DNA from: an uncultured Eubacteriales bacterium
Lineage (GTDB): Bacteria; Acidobacteriota; Aminicenantia; Aminicenantales; Saccharicenantaceae
Length of the DNA: 63,148 nucleotides
Assembly (NCBI GenBank): GCA_964652895.1
Contig: CAZZCH010000007.1
Location: forward strand, 1 to 63,148
Direction: 5' to 3'
This document shows, one piece after another, positions 10,829 to 20,835 of this stretch (positions are counted from its first letter, which is position 1; each line of letters starts with the position of its first letter). Under the pieces are notes generated by a model, which saw only the letters and a program-made list of their open reading frames with translations, made no database searches and was not told the DNA's origin. The translations under genes were made by a program, and so were the position numbers.

Positions 10829-12240
10829 TGTTCAAGCCCTATCCTACCTATAAGTACTCCAGCGTGCCTTGGCTGGGGGAGGTGCCGGAGCATTGGGAGG
10901 TCAAGCGAAACAAGCTCTTTTTAAGAGAGGTGAACGACCGCTCAGAAGACGGTACCGAAGAGTTGCTTACAGTATCTCAGTACACCGGAATCACGAAGCG
11001 GCGAGCACGGCTGGCTAACGAGAGCGATTTGCTCACTAATGCTTCTAGCCTCGTTGGGTACAAGCGTGTCATGCCGGGCGATATCATAATGAATATAATG
11101 CTCGCATGGAACGGCAGCCTTGGCGTATCGGCCGTCGAGGGTATCGCAAGCCCCGCCTATTGCGTCTTCAGAACCAAGTCAGGCATTGAGCCGCGTTTCC
11201 TTCACTACCTACTCCGCACTTCTTTGTTCACAGGTGCTTTTAAAACGGTCTCTACTGGGGTAGTCGATAGCAGACTCCGGCTTTATCCAGATGTCTTCTT
11301 CCGCTTGCCTTCATTGATCCCTTCCCTCCCTGAGCAAGTCGCCATCGTCCGCTATCTCGACTATCTGGACAGCCGGATCAGTCGCTTCATCCACGCCAAG
11401 CAGAAGTTAATTAAGCTGCTGGAGGAGCAAAAACAGGCTATTATCCACCGCGCCGTCACCCGCGGCCTCAATCCCAACGTCCGATTCAAGCCGTCAGGCG
11501 CGGAGTGGCTGGGCGACATTCCGGAGCACTGGGACGTTGTTTCCCTTCGCTTTCGTTATATTCAGTGTCTCGGCAAGATGCTTGACTCCAAGCGCGTCCT
11601 CGGAATACACCCTCTCCCATATCTTCGGAATACAGATGTTCAGTGGTGCCGAATCAACGTTTCAGATTTGCCCGAAATGGATATCGCTCCATATGAGTAT
11701 GAGCGCTATACTATCAGGTCCGGCGATCTTCTCGTTTGCGAAGGGGGAGAAGTCGGACGGAGTGCTATCTGGAGCGGCGAAACTGGGAATTATGGATTCC
11801 AGAAAGCTATTCATCGACTTCGGCCACGCTCGCCCGCCCATGATTTACCGCTCTATCTCAACTATGTGCTTCGCCTGGCGGCTCAAGCTGGCGCTTTTAA
11901 TGATGGACACAAGAGCACGATCCCCCATCTCACAGGGGACAAGCTTAGGGCACACCGTTTTCCTTTTCCCAACAAGGCCGAACAAGCCGCCATCGTTCGT
12001 TATCTGGACAATGCCACCTCCAACATCACCGCCGCCATCGAACGCGCTCAAAGCGAAATCTCCCTCCTTCGCGAATATCGCACCCGCCTGATCGCCGACG
12101 TGGTCACCGGCAAGGTCGACGTACGCGAGGTTGCGGCCCGGCTACCGGACCAGGCCGAGGAACCGGAGCCGCTCGATGAGGCAACCATACTGAGCGATAC
12201 ACTAGAGGAGACCGAGAAGGGGGAGGAAATGGAAGAATGA
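10828..12240 (+). CDS. hsdS: Type I R-M specificity subunit
   Basis: Two TRDs, each preceded by WLG(E/D)(V/I)PEHW and followed by EQ.AIVRYLD; EYRTRLIADVVTGK. Confidence 0.95.
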   Translation: MFKPYPTYKYSSVPWLGEVPEHWEVKRNKLFLREVNDRSEDGTEELLTVSQYTGITKRRARLANESDLLTNASSLVGYKRVMPGDIIMNIMLAWNGSLGVSAVEGIASPAYCVFRTKSGIEPRFLHYLLRTSLFTGAFKTVSTGVVDSRLRLYPDVFFRLPSLIPSLPEQVAIVRYLDYLDSRISRFIHAKQKLIKLLEEQKQAIIHRAVTRGLNPNVRFKPSGAEWLGDIPEHWDVVSLRFRYIQCLGKMLDSKRVLGIHPLPYLRNTDVQWCRINVSDLPEMDIAPYEYERYTIRSGDLLVCEGGEVGRSAIWSGETGNYGFQKAIHRLRPRSPAHDLPLYLNYVLRLAAQAGAFNDGHKSTIPHLTGDKLRAHRFPFPNKAEQAAIVRYLDNATSNITAAIERAQSEISLLREYRTRLIADVVTGKVDVREVAARLPDQAEEPEPLDEATILSDTLEETEKGEEMEE

Positions 12241-12884
12241 CTATCCCGATACCTGCTGAGCCAAAGATCTACCACATCGTTCACTTCGATCGGCTGCCCT
12301 CGATTATTGCAGATGGTTCGCTCTTGTGTGACGCGGAGATCGCTCGCCGCTCTCCTCCCGGTACTCTCATCGGCATGAAAAGTATCAAACAGCGACGGCT
12401 TAATGAATTATTCCTTACCAGCCATCCGGACTTGCATGTCGGAGATTGCGTGCCATTCTATTTTTGTCCGCGGTCCGTCATGTTATACTTGATCCACCGA
12501 GCGAATGACCCCGAATTGGGCTATCATGATGGACAAGGCCCAATCATTCATTTGGAGGCAGACTTGAGGAAGACAGTCGCCTGGACGGAGGAACACCGTT
12601 TGCGTTGGGCATTCACGCGGTCAAACGCCGGTGCCTGTTACTTTGAAGATTGGTGCGACCTTGCCCAGTTGGGCGAGATTGACTGGAACGCGGTGCAAGC
12701 CAAGAGATGGCAGAAGTGCAAGATGGGAAAGCAGGCGGAATTCCTGATCGAGCGCCGATTTCCGTGGGAATTAGTTTCGCGTATCGGCGTCTCGTCGCGA
12801 CCCGTCTACGGTCAGGTAGCTACATTCCTGCAAGGGGCCGTCCATAAACCTGGTATCGAGGTTAAGCCGGAATGGTATTATTGA
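12237..12884 (+). CDS. darT: DarT DNA ADP-ribosyltransferase toxin (DUF4433)
   Basis: IYHIVH, VPFYFCPRSVMLY, FTRSNA, catalytic KQAEFL, WYY end. Confidence 0.93.
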   Translation: MTIPIPAEPKIYHIVHFDRLPSIIADGSLLCDAEIARRSPPGTLIGMKSIKQRRLNELFLTSHPDLHVGDCVPFYFCPRSVMLYLIHRANDPELGYHDGQGPIIHLEADLRKTVAWTEEHRLRWAFTRSNAGACYFEDWCDLAQLGEIDWNAVQAKRWQKCKMGKQAEFLIERRFPWELVSRIGVSSRPVYGQVATFLQGAVHKPGIEVKPEWYY

Positions 12885-12901
12885 GTAGAATGGAGATCCG
12901 A

Positions 12902-13966
12902 ATGATCGAATACAAAAGAGGCGACATACTCAAGGAAGATGCCGAAGCCCTGGTTAATTCCGTCAACTGTGTTGGTATTATGGGGCGCGGTATTGCCCTT
13001 CAGTTCAAGAACGCTTTCCCTGAGAATTTTAAATCCTATGCTTCCGCCTGCAAGCGGAACGAAATTCAGCCGGGGCGGATGTTTGTCTTCGAGACCGGAC
13101 AATTAACAAATCCGCGTTATATCATCAATTTTCCGACCAAGCGCCACTGGCGGGGAAAAAGCCGGATCGAGGATATTGACGCCGGTCTTGTCGCATTGGC
13201 GGAAGAAATCCGATCGCGGAACATCCAGTCTATTGCGATCCCGCCTCTAGGCAGCGGGCTGGGCGGGTTGGACTGGTCTGAGGTACGCCCGCGTATCGAA
13301 GAGGCGCTGCGGGAGTTCAGCAACCTTAAGGTCGATATTTACGAGCCGGGCGATGCGTCGGCGGATACGCGGGTCAATCGTTCGAGCGATGTGCCCAAGA
13401 TGACGGCCGGGAGAGCGGCGCTGGTCGGGCTGATGCACCGATATCTTGGCGGATTACTGGATCCCTTCATAACACTGCTGGAAGTACACAAACTTATGTA
13501 TTTCATGCAGCAGGCGGGCGAGCCATTACAACTGAACTACACGAAGGGTATCTACGGACCCTATGCCGAGAACCTTCGGCACGTGCTTAAGGCCGTCGAA
13601 GGACATCTGGTGTCGGGCTACGCCGACGGCGGTGATGCCCCTGACAAGCAATTGAACCTGGTGCCGGGCGCTCTTGAGGATGCTCTTGCATTCCTCAAGA
13701 ATAAAGCCGAAACCCAGACACGATTTGAAAGAGTTTCCGATCTCGTCGAAGGATTCGAGTCGCCATTCGGCCTGGAGCTATTGTCCACGGTTCACTGGGT
13801 CGTCAGCAAGGAGCAGGTCCAAACCGTGGACGATGTGGTGGTGCGGACCTATGCCTGGAACGAAAGCAAGAAACAGTTTTCCAGGCGCCAGATCGCGCTT
13901 GCGGTCGACGTGTTTTCACGAAAGAACTGGATTGAGAACAAAGGAATTCGTCCCGGAAACAAATGA
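12902..13966 (+). CDS. darG: DarG macrodomain antitoxin
   Basis: ALVNSVNCVGIMGRGIALQFK, IINFPTKRHW, PPLGSGLGGLDW; C-terminal YGPY and GLELLSTVHW. Confidence 0.95.
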   Translation: MIEYKRGDILKEDAEALVNSVNCVGIMGRGIALQFKNAFPENFKSYASACKRNEIQPGRMFVFETGQLTNPRYIINFPTKRHWRGKSRIEDIDAGLVALAEEIRSRNIQSIAIPPLGSGLGGLDWSEVRPRIEEALREFSNLKVDIYEPGDASADTRVNRSSDVPKMTAGRAALVGLMHRYLGGLLDPFITLLEVHKLMYFMQQAGEPLQLNYTKGIYGPYAENLRHVLKAVEGHLVSGYADGGDAPDKQLNLVPGALEDALAFLKNKAETQTRFERVSDLVEGFESPFGLELLSTVHWVVSKEQVQTVDDVVVRTYAWNESKKQFSRRQIALAVDVFSRKNWIENKGIRPGNK

Positions 13967-14212
13967 TAAATGAGGGAAAGTCGACGCAACTCATTGAATA
14001 AGAATGTGTTATCCCTTTACTAAACTACGGAAAATTCCGGTGCTCTAGTAGAGGATTTAGTAAACGAATGCCCTCGTGGGCGGCCCCGCAGTCGGGCGGG
14101 GAAGAGGGGCGTCGATGACTGGGATTCCATTTGATAGCCATTTGGTAGAAGCGAGGACTCGGGACCGGGCCTGGAGCCTAAAATCTCTGTTTTGCAGTAA
14201 AGGGAATTTGGT

Positions 14213-17200
14213 ATGACATCCGACACTAGCGAACGCGGGCTGGAGCGGCTGATCTGCGCAGCACTCACCGGAAGGCCATGCGACCCGGCTTTCGCGCCGC
14301 CGGGAGTGGTACGCGAGCCAAACGCCCCATATGGAGGAAGCGGCTGGATCTGCGGCTCTCCGGATGACTACGACCGCGAGTACTGTGTGGATCTGGTCCA
14401 GCTTCGTGCCTTCCTAAAGACTACCCAACCTGAGGCAGCGGAGGCGTTCGACCTCGAAAAGGGTGGCATCACGAGGCAGAAGTTTCTCGCCCGCCTCCAG
14501 GGAGAGGTCACAAAAAGAGGCACGATCGACGTTCTGCGTCATGGAATCAAGCACGGGCCGCACCATCTCGACCTCCTTTTCGGCAAGCCGTCCCCCGGGA
14601 ACGCGAAGGCAAAAGCCCTTTATGAAGCCAATCGCTTCAGCGTCACCCGCCAGCTTCGTTACAGCCGCGACGAGACACAGCTCGCGCTCGATCTCGGTCT
14701 ATTCATCAACGGCCTGCCCGTGGCTACATTCGAGCTCAAGAACAGCCTGACCAAGCAGACTGTCGAGGATGCCGTCCAGCAGTTTAAGCGTGACCGTGAT
14801 CCGCGGGAGCGGCTATTTGAATTCGGCCGCTGTGTTGTCCACCTCGCCGTGGACGACCATGAAGTCCGCTTCAGCACCCACCTCAAGGGCAAGGGGTCGT
14901 GGTTTCTGCCCTTTAACCGGGGCTGGAACGACGGCGCGGGCAATCCGCCCAATCCCGACGGCCTTAAGACCGAATATCTATGGAAAAGCTTCCTCACCCG
15001 GGTCGGGCTGACAGAGATCCTCGAGAATTACGCCCAAGTCGTCGAAACGAAGGATGAGAAAACCGGCAGGAAGAAACGTGTCCAGGTCTGGCCGCGGTAT
15101 CACCAGCTCGACGTCGTCCGCAAGCTCCTTGCGGACACGGCCCGGCATGGCGCAGGAAAAAAATATCTCATTCAACACTCGGCGGGGAGCGGCAAATCGA
15201 ATTCCATCGCCTGGCTCGCCCACCAGCTCATCGGACTGCGCAGGGACGATGCCCCGGTTTTCGACTCCATCATCGTTGTCACGGACCGGCGCATTCTCGA
15301 CCAGCAGATCCGCGACACGGTCAAGCAGTTCGCCCAAGTAGGGGCAACGGTGGGCCATGCCGAGCACTCAGGCAACCTGCGCGCGTTCATTGAAAGCGGC
15401 AAGAAGATCATCATCTCGACGGTACAGAAGTTCCCATTCATACTGGACGAGATAGGCAGTGAGCATCGCGGTCGCAGATTCGCCATCATCATCGACGAAG
15501 CGCATTCGAGCCAGGGTGGTCGCACCTCGGCTGCGGTGAGCATGGCACTTTCCGCCGGAGGAGCGGAAGAAGACGACGAGACCACCGAGGATGCGATCAA
15601 CCGCATCATGGAGGCGCGTAAGCTTCTGCTGAACGCAAGCTACTTCGCCTTTACCGCCACCCCGAAGAACAAGACTCTCGAGATTTTCGGCGAGCCCTAC
15701 GATGAAGGCGGACAGACTAAGCACAGGCCTTTCCACAGCTACACCATGAAACAAGCGATCCAGGAGGGCTTCATCCTGGACGTACTTAAAAGCTATACAC
15801 CCATTGAGAGCTACTACAAGCTCATTAAGACCGTTGAGAGCGATCCGGAATTCGACACCAAACGGGCCAGGAAAAAGCTGCGCCGCTATGTCGAGAGCCG
15901 CGATCACGCTATCCGGCTCAAGGCCGAGATCATGGTCGACCATTTTCATGAGCAAGTGGCCGGGCTCGGCAAGATCGGCGGGCAAGCCAGGGCGATGGTG
16001 GTGACGAACGGCATTGAACGGGCCATCCAGTACTACCACGCCATCAGCGATTACCTGGCTGAGCGAAAAAGCCCCTATAAACCCATCGTCGCCTTTTCGG
16101 GAGAGCACGAGTACGGAGGAGTGAAGGTTAGCGAAGCTTCTATAAACGGTTTCTCATCAAGCCGAATCGCGGACGAGATCCAGAACGAGCCGTATCGCTT
16201 TCTCGTTTGCGCGGACAAGTTCCAGACAGGCTACGACGAACCGCTCCTGCACACGATGTATGTGGACAAGATCCTTTCGGGGATAAAGGCCGTCCAGGCA
16301 TTGTCGCGCCTGAACCGCGCCCATCCTCAAAAGCACGACACTTTCGTGCTCGATTTCATGAACGATGCGGACACTATCCGAGAGGCGTTCGCCGATTATT
16401 ATCGGACCACAATCCTGGCCGAGGAAACTGATCCCAATAAGCTCCATGACTTGAAGGCCGAGCTTGACGGGTATCAGGTCTATGCTCAGGAGCAGATCGA
16501 TCAGTTCGTAGATCTCTATCTCGGCGGGGCGGACCGCGACCGGCTGGACCCCATGCTCGACGCCTGTGTCGCGACCTACAAAGACCATCTCAACGAGGAC
16601 GGACAGGTGGATTTCAAGGGCAAGGCCAAGGCTTTCCTGCGGACCTACGGTTTCCTGGCCTCGATCCTTCCATACACCAACGCTGGATGGGAAAAGCTCT
16701 CCATTTTCCTTAACTTTCTCGTTTCCAAGCTGCCGGCGCCGGTCGAAGAAGACCTCTCGAAGGGGATCCTCGAGGCCATCGACATGGACAGCTATCGCGT
16801 CGAGAAAAGAGCAGCCGTGAAGATCCAGCTCCCGGACGAGGATGCCGAAATTGAGCCGGTGCCCACGAGCGGCGGCGGCTACAAGCCCGAGCCCGAACTG
16901 GACCGACTCTCCAATATCTTAAGGACATTCAACGACCAGTTCGGCAATATCCCTTGGAGCGACAGGGACCGTGTCGATCGGATCATCACCCATGATATCC
17001 CCTCGCAGGTCGCCGCGGATACGGCCTATCAAAACGCAAGGAGGAATTCTGATAAACAGAACGCGCGTATCGAGCACGACAAGGCCCTAGCCCGCGTGAT
17101 GACCGCCGTGCTCAAGGACGATACCGAACTTTTCAAGCAATTCAGCGACAACGAATCGTTCCGACGCTGGCTGACGGACACGGTCTTCGCGTTGACCTAT

Positions 17201-17227
17201 GAGCCGTCAAGCCCTGAAGCTCGATAG
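14213..17227 (+). CDS. hsdR: Type I R-M restriction subunit
   Basis: NGLPVATFELKN nuclease motif, HSAGSGKS Walker A, IIDEAH, FTATP, QALSRLNR. Confidence 0.97.
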   Translation: MTSDTSERGLERLICAALTGRPCDPAFAPPGVVREPNAPYGGSGWICGSPDDYDREYCVDLVQLRAFLKTTQPEAAEAFDLEKGGITRQKFLARLQGEVTKRGTIDVLRHGIKHGPHHLDLLFGKPSPGNAKAKALYEANRFSVTRQLRYSRDETQLALDLGLFINGLPVATFELKNSLTKQTVEDAVQQFKRDRDPRERLFEFGRCVVHLAVDDHEVRFSTHLKGKGSWFLPFNRGWNDGAGNPPNPDGLKTEYLWKSFLTRVGLTEILENYAQVVETKDEKTGRKKRVQVWPRYHQLDVVRKLLADTARHGAGKKYLIQHSAGSGKSNSIAWLAHQLIGLRRDDAPVFDSIIVVTDRRILDQQIRDTVKQFAQVGATVGHAEHSGNLRAFIESGKKIIISTVQKFPFILDEIGSEHRGRRFAIIIDEAHSSQGGRTSAAVSMALSAGGAEEDDETTEDAINRIMEARKLLLNASYFAFTATPKNKTLEIFGEPYDEGGQTKHRPFHSYTMKQAIQEGFILDVLKSYTPIESYYKLIKTVESDPEFDTKRARKKLRRYVESRDHAIRLKAEIMVDHFHEQVAGLGKIGGQARAMVVTNGIERAIQYYHAISDYLAERKSPYKPIVAFSGEHEYGGVKVSEASINGFSSSRIADEIQNEPYRFLVCADKFQTGYDEPLLHTMYVDKILSGIKAVQALSRLNRAHPQKHDTFVLDFMNDADTIREAFADYYRTTILAEETDPNKLHDLKAELDGYQVYAQEQIDQFVDLYLGGADRDRLDPMLDACVATYKDHLNEDGQVDFKGKAKAFLRTYGFLASILPYTNAGWEKLSIFLNFLVSKLPAPVEEDLSKGILEAIDMDSYRVEKRAAVKIQLPDEDAEIEPVPTSGGGYKPEPELDRLSNILRTFNDQFGNIPWSDRDRVDRIITHDIPSQVAADTAYQNARRNSDKQNARIEHDKALARVMTAVLKDDTELFKQFSDNESFRRWLTDTVFALTYEPSSPEAR

Positions 17228-17233
17228 GCTTAG

Positions 17234-17974
17234 ATGCTGATAGACATTCGGGCTGATTCGAAAGAACCGGATCCGGAGGCACGCGCCGCAATATGGAGAG
17301 CTATATGCCACGCAGCTAACATGCTCGCGGGCCAGTGTAAGGTCTATATCTCTCGTGAGCATGGAGAGCATATCAGCAGTAATACTCCCCTTCTGGACGC
17401 CAAGATTGAAATTTGGAAGCTGGTTGAAGCCCTAAGTCTCGTGACTATCTTGCTCAAGGCCGACCAGGTAAAATGCAGCGAAGTCCCCAATTTGTTCGGT
17501 CAAAATGGCCCGCTGGCTTTTGTGGAGGATGGGCAAGACCGATGCTTGTGGACGCAGCCCAAATTAGAAGGAGACATCAGCAAGTTCATTGGAATTCCAG
17601 ATCTGATAGTAGCATCAAGTCCTGGGAAACCGACGGCGAGGACGATATTACGGATCATCGAGTGCAAGCATCGAAAACACCTAGGTGCTCGTGACATCCG
17701 GGCTGAGTTCGGAAAAGGATATGATTTACGGGTAGCTTCTTACCTGATCTGGTCCTATTATAAACCCTCGCCAAGAGCCATTGCTGGCGCCAGGGGACTT
17801 GGATTGGATCTTGTGGAATTGGGTTTCGAGTCGTCCCAACGCCCTAACTTGATTTCAAAGCCAGAAAATTTAATCGAACACGTTGCCAAAACCATTGAAG
17901 CCTCAAAACGAGAGAGGCGCTTTGCCCTAGCATTAATAGAAAGCGGCCGAGAAATTGGCATTAAACTCCGCTGA
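17234..17974 (+). CDS. Putative PD-(D/E)XK nuclease
   Basis: IPDLIV...IIECKHR motif; 6 bp after hsdR. Confidence 0.6.
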   Translation: MLIDIRADSKEPDPEARAAIWRAICHAANMLAGQCKVYISREHGEHISSNTPLLDAKIEIWKLVEALSLVTILLKADQVKCSEVPNLFGQNGPLAFVEDGQDRCLWTQPKLEGDISKFIGIPDLIVASSPGKPTARTILRIIECKHRKHLGARDIRAEFGKGYDLRVASYLIWSYYKPSPRAIAGARGLGLDLVELGFESSQRPNLISKPENLIEHVAKTIEASKRERRFALALIESGREIGIKLR

Positions 17975-17980
17975 TAAACA

Positions 17981-18832
17981 ATGACGCGAGACGTTCTCGG
18001 CTTCGGGTTCTCCTTTATCACCGTTCTCGAGCCTGCGCGAGATGAGCTTGGAGAGATAAGAGTATTCATGCCCCAGTCCAAGTATCGGAATACCAGCGGC
18101 CTCCCTTTAAACAAGTATGGTGAAGGTCCGTTCTGTCAGTTTCGTATTTTGGCGGCCTTGCCCCTTAAGGGAGTCTATGCCATTACGGTCGATGACGATA
18201 TTGCCTATATCGGACAAAGCGAGAATCTATCGGAACGGTTCAATGAACGTGGGTACGGGACTATACACCCTCGGAACTGTTTCCGGAAAGGCCAATCCAC
18301 GAATTGCCGGATTAACAGCTATATTCTTGGGAGTGCACGGAAGCGCCAGCGAATCGAGCTCTGGTTTTGCCGTTCCGATAATCCTTCTCCCCTCGAGGCC
18401 CAGCTAATATCCAAGCTAAGTCCTCCGTGGAATGCCCAACGCTACGTCGGATTTAAGAAGGCACCGCTGGTCAGGCCAAGGAAAAAAGATCAATCAGATC
18501 TCGCAAAAGAGAATTCCCAACGTTCAGCTAAATCGGAGGCAGGCATGCCAATATTTGGGCTCATTCTTGAAAAGACATACTACAACAAAGGATTTTTCAA
18601 TGTGACCGTCGATTTCGACCGGTTCATACGCCCCACAGAGGAGCCAATACAGCTGGAGCTGGGTGATTCAGGAATGACTATCATGGGCAGAATCGACCGA
18701 AGGGCAAATACAAACGGGACAGCTCGGATAATCGCGGGTGCTCGCCTCCGGGATTGGTTTCAATCACGCTATAATCTCGGCGATGTTGTCGATGTCGACC
18801 TTAGTTCGTTTGATCTTATCAAGATTGGTTGA
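17981..18832 (+). CDS. GIY-YIG nuclease with additional C-terminal domain
   Basis: GVYAI...AYIGQSENLSERF, LEAQLI...PPWN; basic linker, then a beta-rich domain of about 95 aa. Confidence 0.75.
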   Translation: MTRDVLGFGFSFITVLEPARDELGEIRVFMPQSKYRNTSGLPLNKYGEGPFCQFRILAALPLKGVYAITVDDDIAYIGQSENLSERFNERGYGTIHPRNCFRKGQSTNCRINSYILGSARKRQRIELWFCRSDNPSPLEAQLISKLSPPWNAQRYVGFKKAPLVRPRKKDQSDLAKENSQRSAKSEAGMPIFGLILEKTYYNKGFFNVTVDFDRFIRPTEEPIQLELGDSGMTIMGRIDRRANTNGTARIIAGARLRDWFQSRYNLGDVVDVDLSSFDLIKIG

Positions 18833-18861
18833 CGTAGCCTAGCCGACGGTAAGGAGGGTCC

Positions 18862-19602
18862 ATGGACGAAGAAAACAAAGTCATCTGCGGAGTGTGCAAG
18901 CTCGCCAAGGACCCCGACGACGTCGTGCCCGGCCAGGCCGTGCGGGCCTCCATTGCCGAGCTCATCCGTAAGGACCACCCGGATTGGAACCCGGAGAGTC
19001 CCATCTGCCGGGACGATCTCAACCGCTACCGGGCGCAGTATGTCCAGGGGGTTCTCGAAGCCGAGAAGGGCGACCTGTCCGTGATCGAAGCCGAGGTCGT
19101 CGAGAGCCTGCGCGAAGGGGAGGTCCTGACCCGGGACGTCAACCAGGAGTTCGAGGAAAAGAGGACGCTCGGGCAGCGGCTCGCCGACCGGCTGGCCGCT
19201 TTCGGCGGCAGCTGGAAGTTCATCACCATTTTCATGGGCGTTCTCTTCGGCTGGATCATCCTCAATTCCATCGTCCTCCTCACGCACCGCTTCGACCCCT
19301 TCCCATTCATCCTCCTCAACCTCATCCTGTCCTGCCTCGCCGCCATCCAGGCGCCGGTCATCATGATGAGCCAGAACCGCCAGGAGTCCAAGGACCGGCT
19401 GCGCGCCCAGCACGACTACCAGATCAACCTCAAGGCCGAGATCGAGATCCGCGGCCTCCACGAAAAGATCGATCATCTCATTTTCAAGCAGTGGCAGCGG
19501 CTCCTGGAGATCCAGGAGATCCAGACCGAGCTCATGGGGGAATTATCGGACAAGCTCCAGGCCCGCGGGCAGCGCGGACCGGGAGACCGAAAGGAATCCT
19601 AG
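18862..19602 (+). CDS. DUF1003 membrane protein
   Basis: ADRLAAFGGSWKFI, FDPFPFILLNLILSCLAAIQAPVIMMSQNRQ. Confidence 0.93.
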   Translation: MDEENKVICGVCKLAKDPDDVVPGQAVRASIAELIRKDHPDWNPESPICRDDLNRYRAQYVQGVLEAEKGDLSVIEAEVVESLREGEVLTRDVNQEFEEKRTLGQRLADRLAAFGGSWKFITIFMGVLFGWIILNSIVLLTHRFDPFPFILLNLILSCLAAIQAPVIMMSQNRQESKDRLRAQHDYQINLKAEIEIRGLHEKIDHLIFKQWQRLLEIQEIQTELMGELSDKLQARGQRGPGDRKES

Positions 19603-20156
19603 AGAGTTTTCGGCTCGTGTTTTCTCTCGATCTTGATGTTGAGGCGGGCCTGAAGATACTCGATCGCCGACGCGACGGACTGTTCCAGGATCTGGCGCTC
19701 TTTGGCCAGCGGTGATTCCGCCTCTCCGACCATCCCCTGGAATTCGTCCGGAGCGGCGGTGACGGTCTTGAGGGCGGCCAGCGCCGCCGCTTCGTCCTGG
19801 GTCGACGGCCCGGCTTCGCGGAGCACGACCTGGAACAGGACGAGCACGCCGGCCACGATGAGGACGGCCGCGGCGGCCGCCGGGAAGGGATGAAGGACGA
19901 GCCGGCGCGGGAGGATCCCCCGCTTCCCGCGAACGCCCCCATCTTCGGCCCACCTCGTCTCGTTCAAAGGGAAGTCCGGGACCGAGGCAAGGAACGCGGG
20001 CCGCTCTCCGGCGAACCGCGACGGCAGGGAGGCCGCGAACCGCGCGTACGCACGGCAAGCCCCGCACCGCTCCGCGTGACGGAGGGCGAGACGAGGCGTC
20101 TTTTTTCCCCGGTCGACCTCACGCGAAATGAGCCATCGGGTCAGTTTGCAGAGCAT
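19599..20156 (-). CDS. Zinc-binding (ZAS) anti-sigma factor-like protein
   Basis: HAERCGAC (HxxxCxxC), one TM helix, directly after the ECF sigma gene; AAGGAG RBS. Confidence 0.75.
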   Translation of the reverse strand: MLCKLTRWLISREVDRGKKTPRLALRHAERCGACRAYARFAASLPSRFAGERPAFLASVPDFPLNETRWAEDGGVRGKRGILPRRLVLHPFPAAAAAVLIVAGVLVLFQVVLREAGPSTQDEAAALAALKTVTAAPDEFQGMVGEAESPLAKERQILEQSVASAIEYLQARLNIKIERKHEPKTL

Positions 20157-20173
20157 CGTCATTCTCCTTTGCC

Positions 20174-20770
20174 TCATCCGAGCGGCGTTCCCTTGACGGC
20201 CACGGTCTTCGTCGCCGCCGCCGGGGCCGGGACGGGGCAGACCCGCTTCATCAGGCCTTTCCGGGCCCGGTGAAGAAGAACGCGCACGGCCAGCCGGCTC
20301 TTCCCGAGGGATGTGGCGATTGCTTCGATGGTCATGTCCTCACCGTAGCGCAACCAGAGGACCCGGTACTGGCTCCCGCCGAGATTCCGGGCCGCGTCCC
20401 AGATCCCGGCCTCCCCGGCGGCTCCGACCTCGGGGTCCGCCAAGGCGCCGGCCGCCTCCACGTCGAGTCTCCCCGACGCGATCTTTTTCTTGCGATAGGA
20501 ACTGATGGCCAACCGGTTGGCCGAAGTGTAGAGCCAGGTGGAGAACCGGAAAGCAGGGTCGTAGCTCCGGATGTTCCGGAAGAGCTTGAGGAACGTTTCC
20601 TGGACCATGTCCTCGGCGTCCTGGTCGCTCCCGAGGCGGGGGCGGAGATAGACGAAGAGCCGGCGCTTGTAGCGTTGCGCCAGCTCCTCGAAAGACCGCC
20701 GCGAGCCGGCCCGCGCCTCGCGGGCCAACTCCTCGTCGGTCTTCGTTGCGATCGGGTCGGGGTCGACCAT
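20174..20770 (-). CDS. ECF RNA polymerase sigma factor
   Basis: DAEDMVQETF, FSTWLY, region 4 VRVLLHRARK. Confidence 0.93.
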   Translation of the reverse strand: MVDPDPIATKTDEELAREARAGSRRSFEELAQRYKRRLFVYLRPRLGSDQDAEDMVQETFLKLFRNIRSYDPAFRFSTWLYTSANRLAISSYRKKKIASGRLDVEAAGALADPEVGAAGEAGIWDAARNLGGSQYRVLWLRYGEDMTIEAIATSLGKSRLAVRVLLHRARKGLMKRVCPVPAPAAATKTVAVKGTPLG

Positions 20771-20835
20771 GCTCTCCCCGAGTCCCGTTCTTCCGGAGCC
20801 CCGATGACTTGAGAGCCGGGCGCCCGGAACGGGGC

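Noticed and set aside
13967-14212. AT-rich gap between darG and hsdR as an ncRNA or small gene
   Set aside because: No convincing ORF, RBS or conserved structure
5921-18850. att sites or direct repeats bounding the defence island
   Set aside because: Only weak TAG(G)CC..AGCC similarity; no integrase or tRNA seen
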